From Eledone cirrhosa (Eukaryota), in the NCBI GenBank assembly GCA_964016885.1, contig OZ024741.1, positions 244,900,001 to 244,964,000 of the forward strand: a DNA stretch of 64,000 nucleotides, read 5' to 3'. This document shows, one piece after another, positions 1-12,258 of the stretch. A program made the position numbers and the translations under genes. How positions within the stretch are numbered: position 1 is the first letter of the stretch; each line of letters starts with the position of its first letter. The notes under the pieces were generated by a model. The model made no database searches, was not told the DNA's origin, and was given only the letters and a program-made list of their open reading frames with translations.

Positions 1-227
1 ACCATTCGCCGGCGGACTTTGTTGACGTTTAACACGGTTTGGTTCCACAGCCACAACTATTGATTTTACGGAGATATCTTGCTGAAATTCACGCCACACA
101 TAGCCAATGAGTGTCTGCACATGTACCAGTAATTACAGATCGATCCGACCACGGGCGGCCGGCCCGCGATTGAAAAGGTAAATCCGCCGGCTAATCGTCA
201 TTTTTGGATTCGTTTTCTTCGAAGCAC
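1..227 (+). repeat. Reference monomer (consensus type); carries MreI CGCCGGCG (7-14), HincII (21-26), EcoRV (73-78), PciI (119-124), ClaI (139-144), FseI GGCCGGCC (157-164) and BstBI (218-223) sites
   Basis: Read directly; hand count gives 110/227 G+C and 19 CpG. The monomer start is arbitrary (set by the window). Confidence 0.97.
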
Positions 228-243
228 ACCATTCGCCGGCGGA
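183..243. other. Inverted repeat recurring at each monomer junction: TCCGCCGGCTAAT ... ATTCGCCGGCGGA (12/13 match, 35-bp spacer)
   Basis: The reverse complement of 183-195 is ATTAGCCGGCGGA versus ATTCGCCGGCGGA at 231-243. Confidence 0.9.
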
Positions 244-376
244 CTTTGTTGACGTTTAACACGGTTTGGTTCCACAGCCACAACTATTGATTTTACGGAG
301 ATATCTTGCTGAAATTCACGCCACACATAGCCAATGAGTGTCTGCACATGTACCAGTAATTACAGATCGATCCGAC

Positions 377-395
377 CGCGGGCGGCCGGCCCGCG
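377..395. other. GC-rich dyad CGCGGGC-GGCCG-GCCCGCG (monomer positions 150-168); perfect 7-bp stem in the G151 allele
   Basis: Read in monomer 2; the A151 allele has one mismatch. Confidence 0.85.
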
Positions 396-681
396 ATTGA
401 AAAGGTAAATCCGCCGGCTAATCGTCATTTTTGGATTCGTTTTCTTCGAAGCACACCATTCGCCGGCGGACTTTGTTGACGTTTAACACGGTTTGGTTCC
501 ACAGCCACAACTATTGATTTTACGGAGATATCTTGCTGAAATTCACGCCACACATAGCCAATGAGTATCTGCACATGTACCAGTAATTACAGATCGATCC
601 GACCGCGGGCGGCCGGCCCGCGATTAAAAAGGTAAAACCGCCGGCTAATTGTCATTTTTGGATTCGTTTTCTTCGAAGCAC

Positions 682-2724
682 ACCATTCGCCGGCGGACTT
701 TGTTGACGTTTAACACGGTTTGGTTCCACAGCCACAACTATTGATTTTACGGAGATATCTTGCTGAAATTCACGCCACACATAGCCAATGAGTATCTGCA
801 CATGTACCAGTAATTACAGATCGATCCGACCGCGGGCGGCCGGCCCGCGATTAAAAAGGTAAATCCGCCGGCTAATCGTCATTTTTGGATTCGTTTTCTT
901 CGAAGCACACCATTCGCCGGCGGACTTTGTTGACGTTTAACACCGTTTGGTTCCACAGCCACAACTATTGATTTTACGGAGATATCTTGCTGAAATTCAC
1001 GCCACACATAGCCAATGGGTGTCTGCACATGTACCAGTAATTACAGATCGATCCGACCACGGGCGGCCGGCCCGCGATTGAAAAGGTAAATCCGCCGGCT
1101 AACCGTCATTTTTGGATTCGTTTTCTTCGAAGCACACCATTCGCCGGCGGACTTTGTTGACGTTTAACACGGTTTGGTTCCACAGCCACAACTATTGATT
1201 TTACGGAGATATCTTGCTGAAATTCACGCCACACATAGCCAATGAGTGTCTGCACATGTACCAGTAATTACAGATCGATCCGACCACGGGCGGCCGGCCC
1301 GCGATTGAAAAGGTAAATCCGCCGGCTAATCGTCATTTTTGGATTCGTTTTCTTCGAAGCACACCATTCGCCGGCGGACTTTGTTGACGTTTAACACGGT
1401 TTGGTTCCACAGCCACAACTATTGATTTTACGGAGATATCTTGCTGAAATTCACGCCACACATAGCCAATGAGTGTCTGCACATGTACCAGTAATTACAG
1501 ATCGATCCGACCGCGGGCGGCCGGCCCGCGATTGAAAAGGTAAATCCGCCGGCTAATAGTCATTTTTGGATTCGTTTTCTTCGAAGCACACCATTCGCCG
1601 GCGGACTTTGTTGACGTTTAACACGGTTTGGTTCCACAGCCACAACTATTGATTTTACGGAGATATCTTGCTGAAATTCACGCCACACATAGCCAATGAG
1701 TATCTGCACATGTACCAGTAATTACAGATCGATCCGACCGCGGGCGGCCGGCCCGCGATTAAAAAGGTAAATCCGCCGGCTAATCGTCATTTTTGGATTC
1801 GTTTTCTTCGAAGCACACCATTCGCCGGCGGACTTTGTTGACGTTTAACACCGTTTGGTTCCACAGCCACAACTATTGATTTTACGGAGATATCTTGCTG
1901 AAATTCACGCCACACATAGCCAATGGGTGTCTGCACGTGTACCAGTAATTACAGATCGATCCGACCACGGGCGGCCGGCCCGCGATTGAAAAGGTAAATC
2001 CGCCGGCTAACCGTCATTTTTGGATTCGTTTTCTTCGAAGCACACCATTCGCCGGCGGACTTTGTTGACGTTTAACACGGTTTGGTTCCACAGCCACAAC
2101 TATTGATTTTACGGAGATATCTTGCTGAAATTCACGCCACACATAGCCAATGAGTGTCTGCACATGTACCAGTAATTACAGATCGATCCGACCACGGGCG
2201 GCCGGCCCGCGATTGAAAAGGTAAATCCGCCGGCTAATCGTCATTTTTGGATTCGTTTTCTTCGAAGCACACCATTCGCCGGCGGACTTTGTTGACGTTT
2301 AACACGGTTTGGTTCCACAGCCACAACTATTGATTTTACGGAGATATCTTGCTGAAATTCACGCCACACATAGCCAATGAGTGTCTGCACATGTACCAGT
2401 AATTACAGATCGATCCGACCGCGGGCGGCCGGCCCGCGATTGAAAAGGTAAATCCGCCGGCTAATAGTCATTTTTGGATTCGTTTTCTTCGAAGCACACC
2501 ATTCGCCGGCGGACTTTGTTGACGTTTAACACGGTTTGGTTCCACAGCCACAACTATTGATTTTACGGAGATATCTTGCTGAAATTCACGCCACACATAG
2601 CCAATGAGTATCTGCACATGTACCAGTAATTACAGATCGATCCGACCGCGGGCGGCCGGCCCGCGATTAAAAAGGTAAATCCGCCGGCTAATCGTCATTT
2701 TTGGATTCGTTTTCTTCGAAGCAC
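682..2724 (+). repeat. Local 4-monomer higher-order repeat (908 bp), ~2.25 copies
   Basis: C196A (AATAGT) at 1558 and 2466; the G36C+A110G+T195C monomer starts at 909 and 1817; both offsets are 908 bp. Confidence 0.9.
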
Positions 2725-5700
2725 ACCATTCGCCGGCGGACTTTGTTGACGTTTAACACCGTTTGGTTCCACAGCCACAACTATTGATTTTACGGAGATA
2801 TCTTGCTGAAATTCACGCCACACATAGCCAATGAGTGTCTGCACATGTACCAGTAATTACAGATCGATCCGACCACGGTCGGCCGGCCCGCGATTGAAAA
2901 GGTAAATCCGCCGGCTAATCGTCATTTTTGGATTCGTTTTCTTCGAAGCACACCATTCGCCGGCGGACTTTGTTGACGTTTAACACGGTTTGGTTCCACA
3001 GCCACAACTATTGATTTTACGGAGATATCTTGCTGAAATTCACGACACACATAGCCAATGTGAGTCTGCACATGTACCAGTAATTACAGATCGATCCGAC
3101 CACGGGCGGCCGGCCCGCGATTGAAAAGGTAAATCCGCCGGCTAATCGTCATTTTTGGATTCGTTTTCTTCGAAGCACACCATTCGCCGGCGGACTTTGT
3201 TGACATTTAACACGGTTTGGTTCCACAGCCACAACTATTGATTTTACGGAGATATCTTGCTGAAATTCACGCCACACATAGCCAATGAGTGTCTGCACAT
3301 GTACCAGTAATTACAGATCGATCCGACCACGGGCGGCCGGCCCGCGATTGAAAAGGTAAATCCGCCGGCTAATCGTCATTTTTGGATTCGTTTTCTTCGA
3401 AGCACACCATTCGCCGGCGGACTTTGTTGACGTTTAACACGGTTTGGTTCCACAGCCACAACTATTGATTTTACGGAGATATCTTGCTGAAATTCACGCC
3501 ACACATAGCCAATGAGTATCTGCACATGTACCAGTAATTACAGATCGATCCGACCGCGGGCGGCCGGCCCGCGATTAAAAAGGTAAATCCGCCGGCTAAT
3601 TGTCATTTTTGGATTCGTTTTCTTCGAAGCACACCATTCGCCGGCGGACTTTGTTGACGTTTAACACGGTTTGGTTCCACAGCCACAACTATTGATTTTA
3701 CGGAGATATCTTGCTGAAATTCACGCCACACATAGCCAATGAGTGTCTGCACATGTACCAGTAATTACAGATCGATCCGACCACGGGCGGCCGACCCGCG
3801 ATTGAAAAGGTAAATCCGCCGGCTAATCGTCATTTTTGGATTCGTTTTCTTCGAAGCACACCATTCGCCGGCGGACTTTGTTGACGTTTAACACGGTTTG
3901 GTTCCACAGCCACAACTATTGATTTTACGGAGATATCTTGCTGAAATTCACGCCACACATAGCCAATGAGTGTCTGCACATGTACCAGTAATTACAGATC
4001 GATCCGACCGCGGGCGGCCGGCCCGCGATTAAAAAGGTAAATCCGCCGGCTAATCGTCATTTTTGGATTCGTTTTCTTCGAAGCACACCATTCGCCGGCG
4101 GACTTTGTTGACGTTTAACACCGTTTGGTTCCACAGCCACAACTATTGATTTTACGGAGATATCTTGCTGAAATTCACGCCACACATAGCCAATGAGTAT
4201 CTGCACATGTACCAGTAATTACAGATCGATCCGACCGCGGGCGGCCGGCCCGCGATTGAAAAGGTAAATCCGCCGGCTAATCGTCATTTTTGGATTCGTT
4301 TTCTTCGAAGCACACCATTCGCCGGCGGACTTTGTTGACGTTTAACACGGTTTGGTTCCACAGCCACAACTATTGATTTTACGGAGATATCTTGCTGAAA
4401 TTCACGACACACATAGCCAATGAGTATCTGCACATGTACCAGTAATTACAGATCGATCCGACCGCGGGCGGCCGGCCCGCGATTGAAAAGGTAAATCCGC
4501 CGGCTAATCGTCATTTTTGGATTCGTTTTCTTCGAAGCACACCATTCGCCGGCGGACTTTGTTGACGTTTAACACGGTTTGGTTCCACAGCCACAACTAT
4601 TGATTTTACGGAGATATCTTGCTGAAATTCACGACACACATAGCCAATGTGAGTCTGCACATGTACCAGTAATTACAGATCGATCCGACCACGGGCGGCC
4701 GGCCCGCGATTGAAAAGGTAAATCCGCCGGCTAATCGTCATTTTTGGATTCGTTTTCTTCGAAGCACACCATTCGCCGGCGGACTTTGTTGACATTTAAC
4801 ACGGTTTGGTTCCACAGCCACAACTATTGATTTTACGGAGATATCTTGCTGAAATTCACGCCACACATAGCCAATGAGTGTCTGCACATGTACCAGTAAT
4901 TACAGATCGATCCGACCACGGGCGGCCGGCCCGCGATTGAAAAGGTAAATCCGCCGGCTAATCGTCATTTTTGGATTCGTTTTCTTCGAAGCACACCATT
5001 CGCCGGCGGACTTTGTTGACGTTTAACACGGTTTGGTTCCACAGCCACAACTATTGATTTTACGGAGATATCTTGCTGAAATTCACGCCACACATAGCCA
5101 ATGAGTATCTGCACATGTACCAGTAATTACAGATCGATCCGACCGCGGGCGGCCGGCCCGCGATTAAAAAGGTAAATCCGCCGGCTAATTGTCATTTTTG
5201 GATTCGTTTTCTTCGAAGCACACCATTCGCCGGCGGACTTTGTTGACGTTTAACACGGTTTGGTTCCACAGCCACAACTATTGATTTTACGGAGATATCT
5301 TGCTGAAATTCACGCCACACATAGCCAATGAGTGTCTGCACATGTACCAGTAATTACAGATCGATCCGACCACGGGCGGCCGGCCCGCGATTGAAAAGGT
5401 AAATCCGCCGGCTAATCGTCATTTTTGGATTCGTTTTCTTCGAAGCACACCATTCGCCGGCGGACTTTGTTGACGTTTAACACGGTTTGGTTCCACAGCC
5501 ACAACTATTGATTTTACGGAGATATCTTGCTGAAATTCACGCCACACATAGCCAATGAGTGTCTGCACATGTACCAGTAATTACAGATCGATCCGACCGC
5601 GGGCGGCCGGCCCGCGATTAAAAAGGTAAAACCGCCGGCTAATTGTCATTTTTGGATTCGTTTTCTTCGAAGCACACCATTCGCCGGCGGACTTTGTTGA

Positions 5701-7718
5701 CGTTTAACACGGTTTGGTTCCACAGCCACAACTATTGATTTTACGGAGATATCTTGCTGAAATTCACGACACACATAGCCAATGTGAGTCTGCACATGTA
5801 CCAGTAATTACAGATCGATCCGACCGCGGGCGGCCGACCCGCGATTAAAAAGGTAAATCCGCCGGCTAATCGTCATTTTTGGATTCGTTTTCTTCGAAGC
5901 ACACCATTCGCCGGCGGACTTTGTTGACATTTAACACGGTTTGGTTCCACAGCCACAACTATTGATTTTACGGAGATATCTTGCTGAAATTCACGCCACA
6001 CATAGCCAATGAGTGTCTGCACATGTACCAGTAATTACAGATCGATCCGACCACGGGCGGCCGGCCCGCGATTGAAAAGGTAAATCCGCCGGCTAATCGT
6101 CATTTTTGGATTCGTTTTCTTCGAAGCACACCATTCGCCGGCGGACTTTGTTGACGTTTAACACGGTTTGGTTCCACAGCCACAACTATTGATTTTACGG
6201 AGATATCTTGCTGAAATTCACGCCACACATAGCCAATGAGTATCTGCACATGTACCAGTAATTACAGATCGATCCGACCGCGGGCGGCCGGCCCGCGATT
6301 GAAAAGGTAAATCCGCCGGCTAATCGTCATTTTTGGATTCGTTTTCTTCGAAGCACACCATTCGCCGGCGGACTTTGTTGACGTTTAACACGGTTTGGTT
6401 CCACAGCCACAACTATTGATTTTACGGAGATATCTTGCTGAAATTCACGACACACATAGCCAATGTGAGTCTGCACATGTACCAGTAATTACAGATCGAT
6501 CCGACCACGGGCGGCCGGCCCGCGATTGAAAAGGTAAATCCGCCGGCTAATCGTCATTTTTGGATTCGTTTTCTTCGAAGCACACCATTCGCCGGCGGAC
6601 TTTGTTGACATTTAACACGGTTTGGTTCCACAGCCACAACTATTGATTTTACGGAGATATCTTGCTGAAATTCACGCCACACATAGCCAATGAGTGTCTG
6701 CACATGTACCAGTAATTACAGATCGATCCGACCACGGGCGGCCGGCCCGCGATTGAAAAGGTAAATCCGCCGGCTAATCGTCATTTTTGGATTCGTTTTC
6801 TTCGAAGCACACCATTCGCCGGCGGACTTTGTTGACGTTTAACACGGTTTGGTTCCACAGCCACAACTATTGATTTTACGGAGATATCTTGCTGAAATTC
6901 ACGCCACACATAGCCAATGAGTATCTGCACATGTACCAGTAATTACAGATCGATCCGACCGCGGGCGGCCGGCCCGCGATTAAAAAGGTAAATCCGCCGG
7001 CTAATTGTCATTTTTGGATTCGTTTTCTTCGAAGCACACCATTCGCCGGCGGACTTTGTTGACGTTTAACACGGTTTGGTTCCACAGCCACAACTATTGA
7101 TTTTACGGAGATATCTTGCTGAAATTCACGACACACATAGCCAATGTGAGTCTGCACATGTACCAGTAATTACAGATCGATCCGACCACGGGCGGCCGGC
7201 CCGCGATTGAAAAGGTAAATCCGCCGGCTAATCGTCATTTTTGGATTCGTTTTCTTCGAAGCACACCATTCGCCGGCGGACTTTGTTGACATTTAACACG
7301 GTTTGGTTCCACAGCCACAACTATTGATTTTACGGAGATATCTTGCTGAAATTCACGCCACACATAGCCAATGAGTATCTGCACATGTACCAGTAATTAC
7401 AGATCGATCCGACCGCGGGCGGCCGGCCCGCGATTAAAAAGGTAAATCCGCCGGCTAATCGTCATTTTTGGATTCGTTTTCTTCGAAGCACACCATTCGC
7501 CGGCGGACTTTGTTGACATTTAACACGGTTTGGTTCCACAGCCACAACTATTGATTTTACGGAGATATTTTGCTGAAATTCACGCCACACATAGCCAATG
7601 AGTGTCTGCACATGTACCAGTAATTACAGATCGATCCGACCACGGGCGGCCGGCCCGCGATTGAAAAGGTAAATCCGCCGGCTAATCGTCATTTTTGGAT
7701 TCGTTTTCTTCGAAGCAC

Positions 7719-10700
7719 ACCATTCGCCGGCGGACTTTGTTGACGTTTAACACGGTTTGGTTCCACAGCCACAACTATTGATTTTACGGAGATATCTTGC
7801 TGAAATTCACGACACACATAGCCAATGTGAGTCTGCACATGTACCAGTAATTACAGATCGATCCGACCACGGGCGGCCGGCCCGGGATTGAAAAGGTAAA
7901 TCCGCCGGCTAATCGTCATTTTTGGATTCGTTTTCTTCGAAGCACACCATTCGCCGGCGGACTTTGTTGACATTTAACACGGTTTGGTTCCACAGCCACA
8001 ACTATTGATTTTACGGAGATATCTTGCTGAAATTCACGACACACATAGCCAATGAGTATCTGCACATGTACCAGTAATTACAGATCGATCCGACCGCGGG
8101 CGGCCGGCCCGCGATTAAAAAGGTAAATCCGCCGGCTAATCGTCATTTTTGGATTCGTTTTCTTCGAAGCACACCATTCGCCGGCGGACTTTGTTGACAT
8201 TTAACACGGTTTGGTTCCACAGCCACAACTATTGATTTTACGGAGATATCTTGCTGAAATTCACGCCACACATAGCCAATGAGTGTCTGCACATGTACCA
8301 GTAATTACAGATCGATCCGACCACGGGCGGCCGGCCCGCGATTGAAAAGGTAAATCCGCCGGCTAATCGTCATTTTTGGATTCGTTTTCTTCGAAGCACA
8401 CCATTCGCCGGCGGACTTTGTTGACGTTTAACACGGTTTGGTTCCACAGCCACAACTATTGATTTTACGGAGATATCTTGCTGAAATTCACGCCACACAT
8501 AGCCAATGAGTATCTGCACATGTACCAGTAATTACAGATCGATCCGACCGCGGGCGGCCGGCCCGCGATTGAAAAGGTAAATCCGCCGGCTAATCGTCAT
8601 TTTTGGATTCGTTTTCTTCGAAGCACACCATTCGCCGGCGGACTTTGTTGACGTTTAACACGGTTTGGTTCCACAGCCACAACTATTGATTTTACGGAGA
8701 TATCTTGCTGAAATTCACGACACACATAGCCAATGTGAGTCTGCACATGTACCAGTAATTACAGATCGATCCGACCACGGGCGGCCGGCCCGCGATTGAA
8801 AAGGTAAATCCGCCGGCTAATCGTCATTTTTGGATTCGTTTTCTTCGAAGCACACCATTCGCCGGCGGACTTTGTTGACGTTTAACACGGTTTGGTTCCA
8901 CAGCCACAACTATTGATTTTACGGAGATATCTTGCTGAAATTCACGCCACACATAGCCAATGAGTGTCTGCACATGTACCAGTAATTACAGATCGATCCG
9001 ACCACGGGCGGCCGGCCCGCGATTGAAAAGGTAAATCCGCCGGCTAATCGTCATTTTTGGATTCGTTTTCTTCGAAGCACACCATTCGCCGGCGGACTTT
9101 GTTGACATTTAACACGGTTTGGTTCCACAGCCACAACTATTGATTTTACGGAGATATCTTGCTGAAATTCACGACACACATAGCCAATGTGAGTCTGCAC
9201 ATGTACCAGTAATTACAGATCGATCCGACCACGGGCGGCCGGCCCGCGATTGAAAAGGTAAATCCGCCGGCTAATCGTCATTTTTGGATTCGTTTTCTTC
9301 GAAGCACACCATTCGCCGGCGGACTTTGTTGACGTTTAACACGGTTTGGTTCCACAGCCACAACTATTGATTTTACGGAGATATCTTGCTGAAATTCACG
9401 ACACACATAGCCAATGTGAGTCTGCACATGTACCAGTAATTACAGATCGATCCGACCACGGGCGGCCGGCCCGCGATTGAAAAGGTAAATCCGCCGGCTA
9501 ATCGTCATTTTTGGATTCGTTTTCTTCGAAGCACACCATTCGCCGGCGGACTTTGTTGACATTTAACACGGTTTGGTTCCACAGCCACAACTATTGATTT
9601 TACGGAGATATCTTGCTGAAATTCACGACACACATAGCCAATGAGTATCTGCACATGTACCAGTAATTACAGATCGATCCGACCGCGGGCGGCCGGCCCG
9701 CGATTAAAAAGGTAAATCCGCCGGCTAATCGTCATTTTTGGATTCGTTTTCTTCGAAGCACACCATTCGCCGGCGGACTTTGTTGACATTTAACACGGTT
9801 TGGTTCCACAGCCACAACTATTGATTTTACGGAGATATCTTGCTGAAATTCACGCCACACATAGCCAATGAGTATCTGCACATGTACCAGTAATTACAGA
9901 TCGATCCGACCGCGGGCGGCCGGCCCGCGATTGAAAAGGTAAATCCGCCGGCTAATCGTCATTTTTGGATTCGTTTTCTTCGAAGCACACCATTCGCCGG
10001 CGGACTTTGTTGACGTTTAACACGGTTTGGTTCCACAGCCACAACTATTGATTTTACGGAGATATCTTGCTGAAATTCACGACACACATAGCCAATGTGA
10101 GTCTGCACATGTACCAGTAATTACAGATCGATCCGACCACGGGCGGCCGGCCCGGGATTGAAAAGGTAAATCCGCCGGCTAATCGTCATTTTTGGATTCG
10201 TTTTCTTCGAAGCACACCATTCGCCGGCGGACTTTGTTGACATTTAACACGGTTTGGTTCCACAGCCACAACTATTGATTTTACGGAGATATCTTGCTGA
10301 AATTCACGACACACATAGCCAATGAGTATCTGCACATGTACCAGTAATTACAGATCGATCCGACCGCGGGCGGCCGGCCCGCGATTAAAAAGGTAAATCC
10401 GCCGGCTAATCGTCATTTTTGGATTCGTTTTCTTCGAAGCACACCATTCGCCGGCGGACTTTGTTGACATTTAACACGGTTTGGTTCCACAGCCACAACT
10501 ATTGATTTTACGGAGATATCTTGCTGAAATTCACGCCACACATAGCCAATGAGTGTCTGCACATGTACCAGTAATTACAGATCGATCCGACCACGGGCGG
10601 CCGGCCCGCGATTGAAAAGGTAAATCCGCCGGCTAATCGTCATTTTTGGATTCGTTTTCTTCGAAGCACACCATTCGCCGGCGGACTTTGTTGACGTTTA

Positions 10701-12258
10701 ACACGGTTTGGTTCCACAGCCACAACTATTGATTTTACGGAGATATCTTGCTGAAATTCACGCCACACATAGCCAATGAGTATCTGCACATGTACCAGTA
10801 ATTACAGATCGATCCGACCGCGGGCGGCCGGCCCGCGATTGAAAAGGTAAATCCGCCGGCTAATCGTCATTTTTGGATTCGTTTTCTTCGAAGCACACCA
10901 TTCGCCGGCGGACTTTGTTGACGTTTAACACGGTTTGGTTCCACAGCCACAACTATTGATTTTACGGAGATATCTTGCTGAAATTCACGACACACATAGC
11001 CAATGTGAGTCTGCACATGTACCAGTAATTACAGATCGATCCGACCACGGGCGGCCGGCCCGCGATTGAAAAGGTAAATCCGCCGGCTAATCGTCATTTT
11101 TGGATTCGTTTTCTTCGAAGCACACCATTCGCCGGCGGACTTTGTTGACGTTTAACACGGTTTGGTTCCACAGCCACAACTATTGATTTTACGGAGATAT
11201 CTTGCTGAAATTCACGCCACACATAGCCAATGAGTGTCTGCACATGTACCAGTAATTACAGATCGATCCGACCACGGGCGGCCGGCCCGCGATTGAAAAG
11301 GTAAATCCGCCGGCTAATCGTCATTTTTGGATTCGTTTTCTTCGAAGCACACCATTCGCCGGCGGACTTTGTTGACATTTAACACGGTTTGGTTCCACAG
11401 CCACAACTATTGATTTTACGGAGATATCTTGCTGAAATTCACGACACACATAGCCAATGTGAGTCTGCACATGTACCAGTAATTACAGATCGATCCGACC
11501 ACGGGCGGCCGGCCCGCGATTGAAAAGGTAAATCCGCCGGCTAATCGTCATTTTTGGATTCGTTTTCTTCGAAGCACACCATTCGCCGGCGGACTTTGTT
11601 GACGTTTAACACGGTTTGGTTCCACAGCCACAACTATTGATTTTACGGAGATATCTTGCTGAAATTCACGACACACATAGCCAATGTGAGTCTGCACATG
11701 TACCAGTAATTACAGATCGATCCGACCACGGGCGGCCGGCCCGCGATTGAAAAGGTAAATCCGCCGGCTAATCGTCATTTTTGGATTCGTTTTCTTCGAA
11801 GCACACCATTCGCCGGCGGACTTTGTTGACATTTAACACGGTTTGGTTCCACAGCCACAACTATTGATTTTACGGAGATATCTTGCTGAAATTCACGACA
11901 CACATAGCCAATGAGTATCTGCACATGTACCAGTAATTACAGATCGATCCGACCGCGGGCGGCCGGCCCGCGATTAAAAAGGTAAATCCGCCGGCTAATC
12001 GTCATTTTTGGATTCGTTTTCTTCGAAGCACACCATTCGCCGGCGGACTTTGTTGACATTTAACACGGTTTGGTTCCACAGCCACAACTATTGATTTTAC
12101 GGAGATATCTTGCTGAAATTCACGCCACACATAGCCAATGAGTATCTGCACATGTACCAGTAATTACAGATCGATCCGACCGCGGGCGGCCGGCCCGCGA
12201 TTGAAAAGGTAAATCCGCCGGCTAATCGTCATTTTTGGATTCGTTTTCTTCGAAGCAC
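7719..12258 (+). repeat. Tandem duplication of a 10-monomer block (2270 bp x2)
   Basis: Rare C167G (CCCGGGATT) only at 7885 and 10155; haplotype order of monomers 35-44 is identical to 45-54. Confidence 0.92.

Noticed and set aside
41-52. Pol III B-box or tRNA T-arm resemblance (GGTTCCACAGCC); tandem tRNA/5S/snRNA array
   Set aside because: Does not fit GGTTCRANNCC; no cloverleaf or recognisable 5S, U-snRNA or spliced-leader sequence by eye. An Rfam search was not run.
150-176. Rho-independent terminator on the minus strand (GC hairpin followed by a T-run)
   Set aside because: No gene upstream, short interrupted T-tract and satellite context.
4-195. Tandem MITE with the 13-bp inverted repeats as termini
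   Set aside because: No target-site duplication or recognisable superfamily terminus. A MITE origin cannot be excluded without searching for dispersed copies.
208-224. CENP-B box-like motif ATTCGTTTTCTTCGAAG
   Set aside because: Matches only 6 of 9 essential positions of nTTCGnnnnAnnCGGGn; it lacks the central A and two G.
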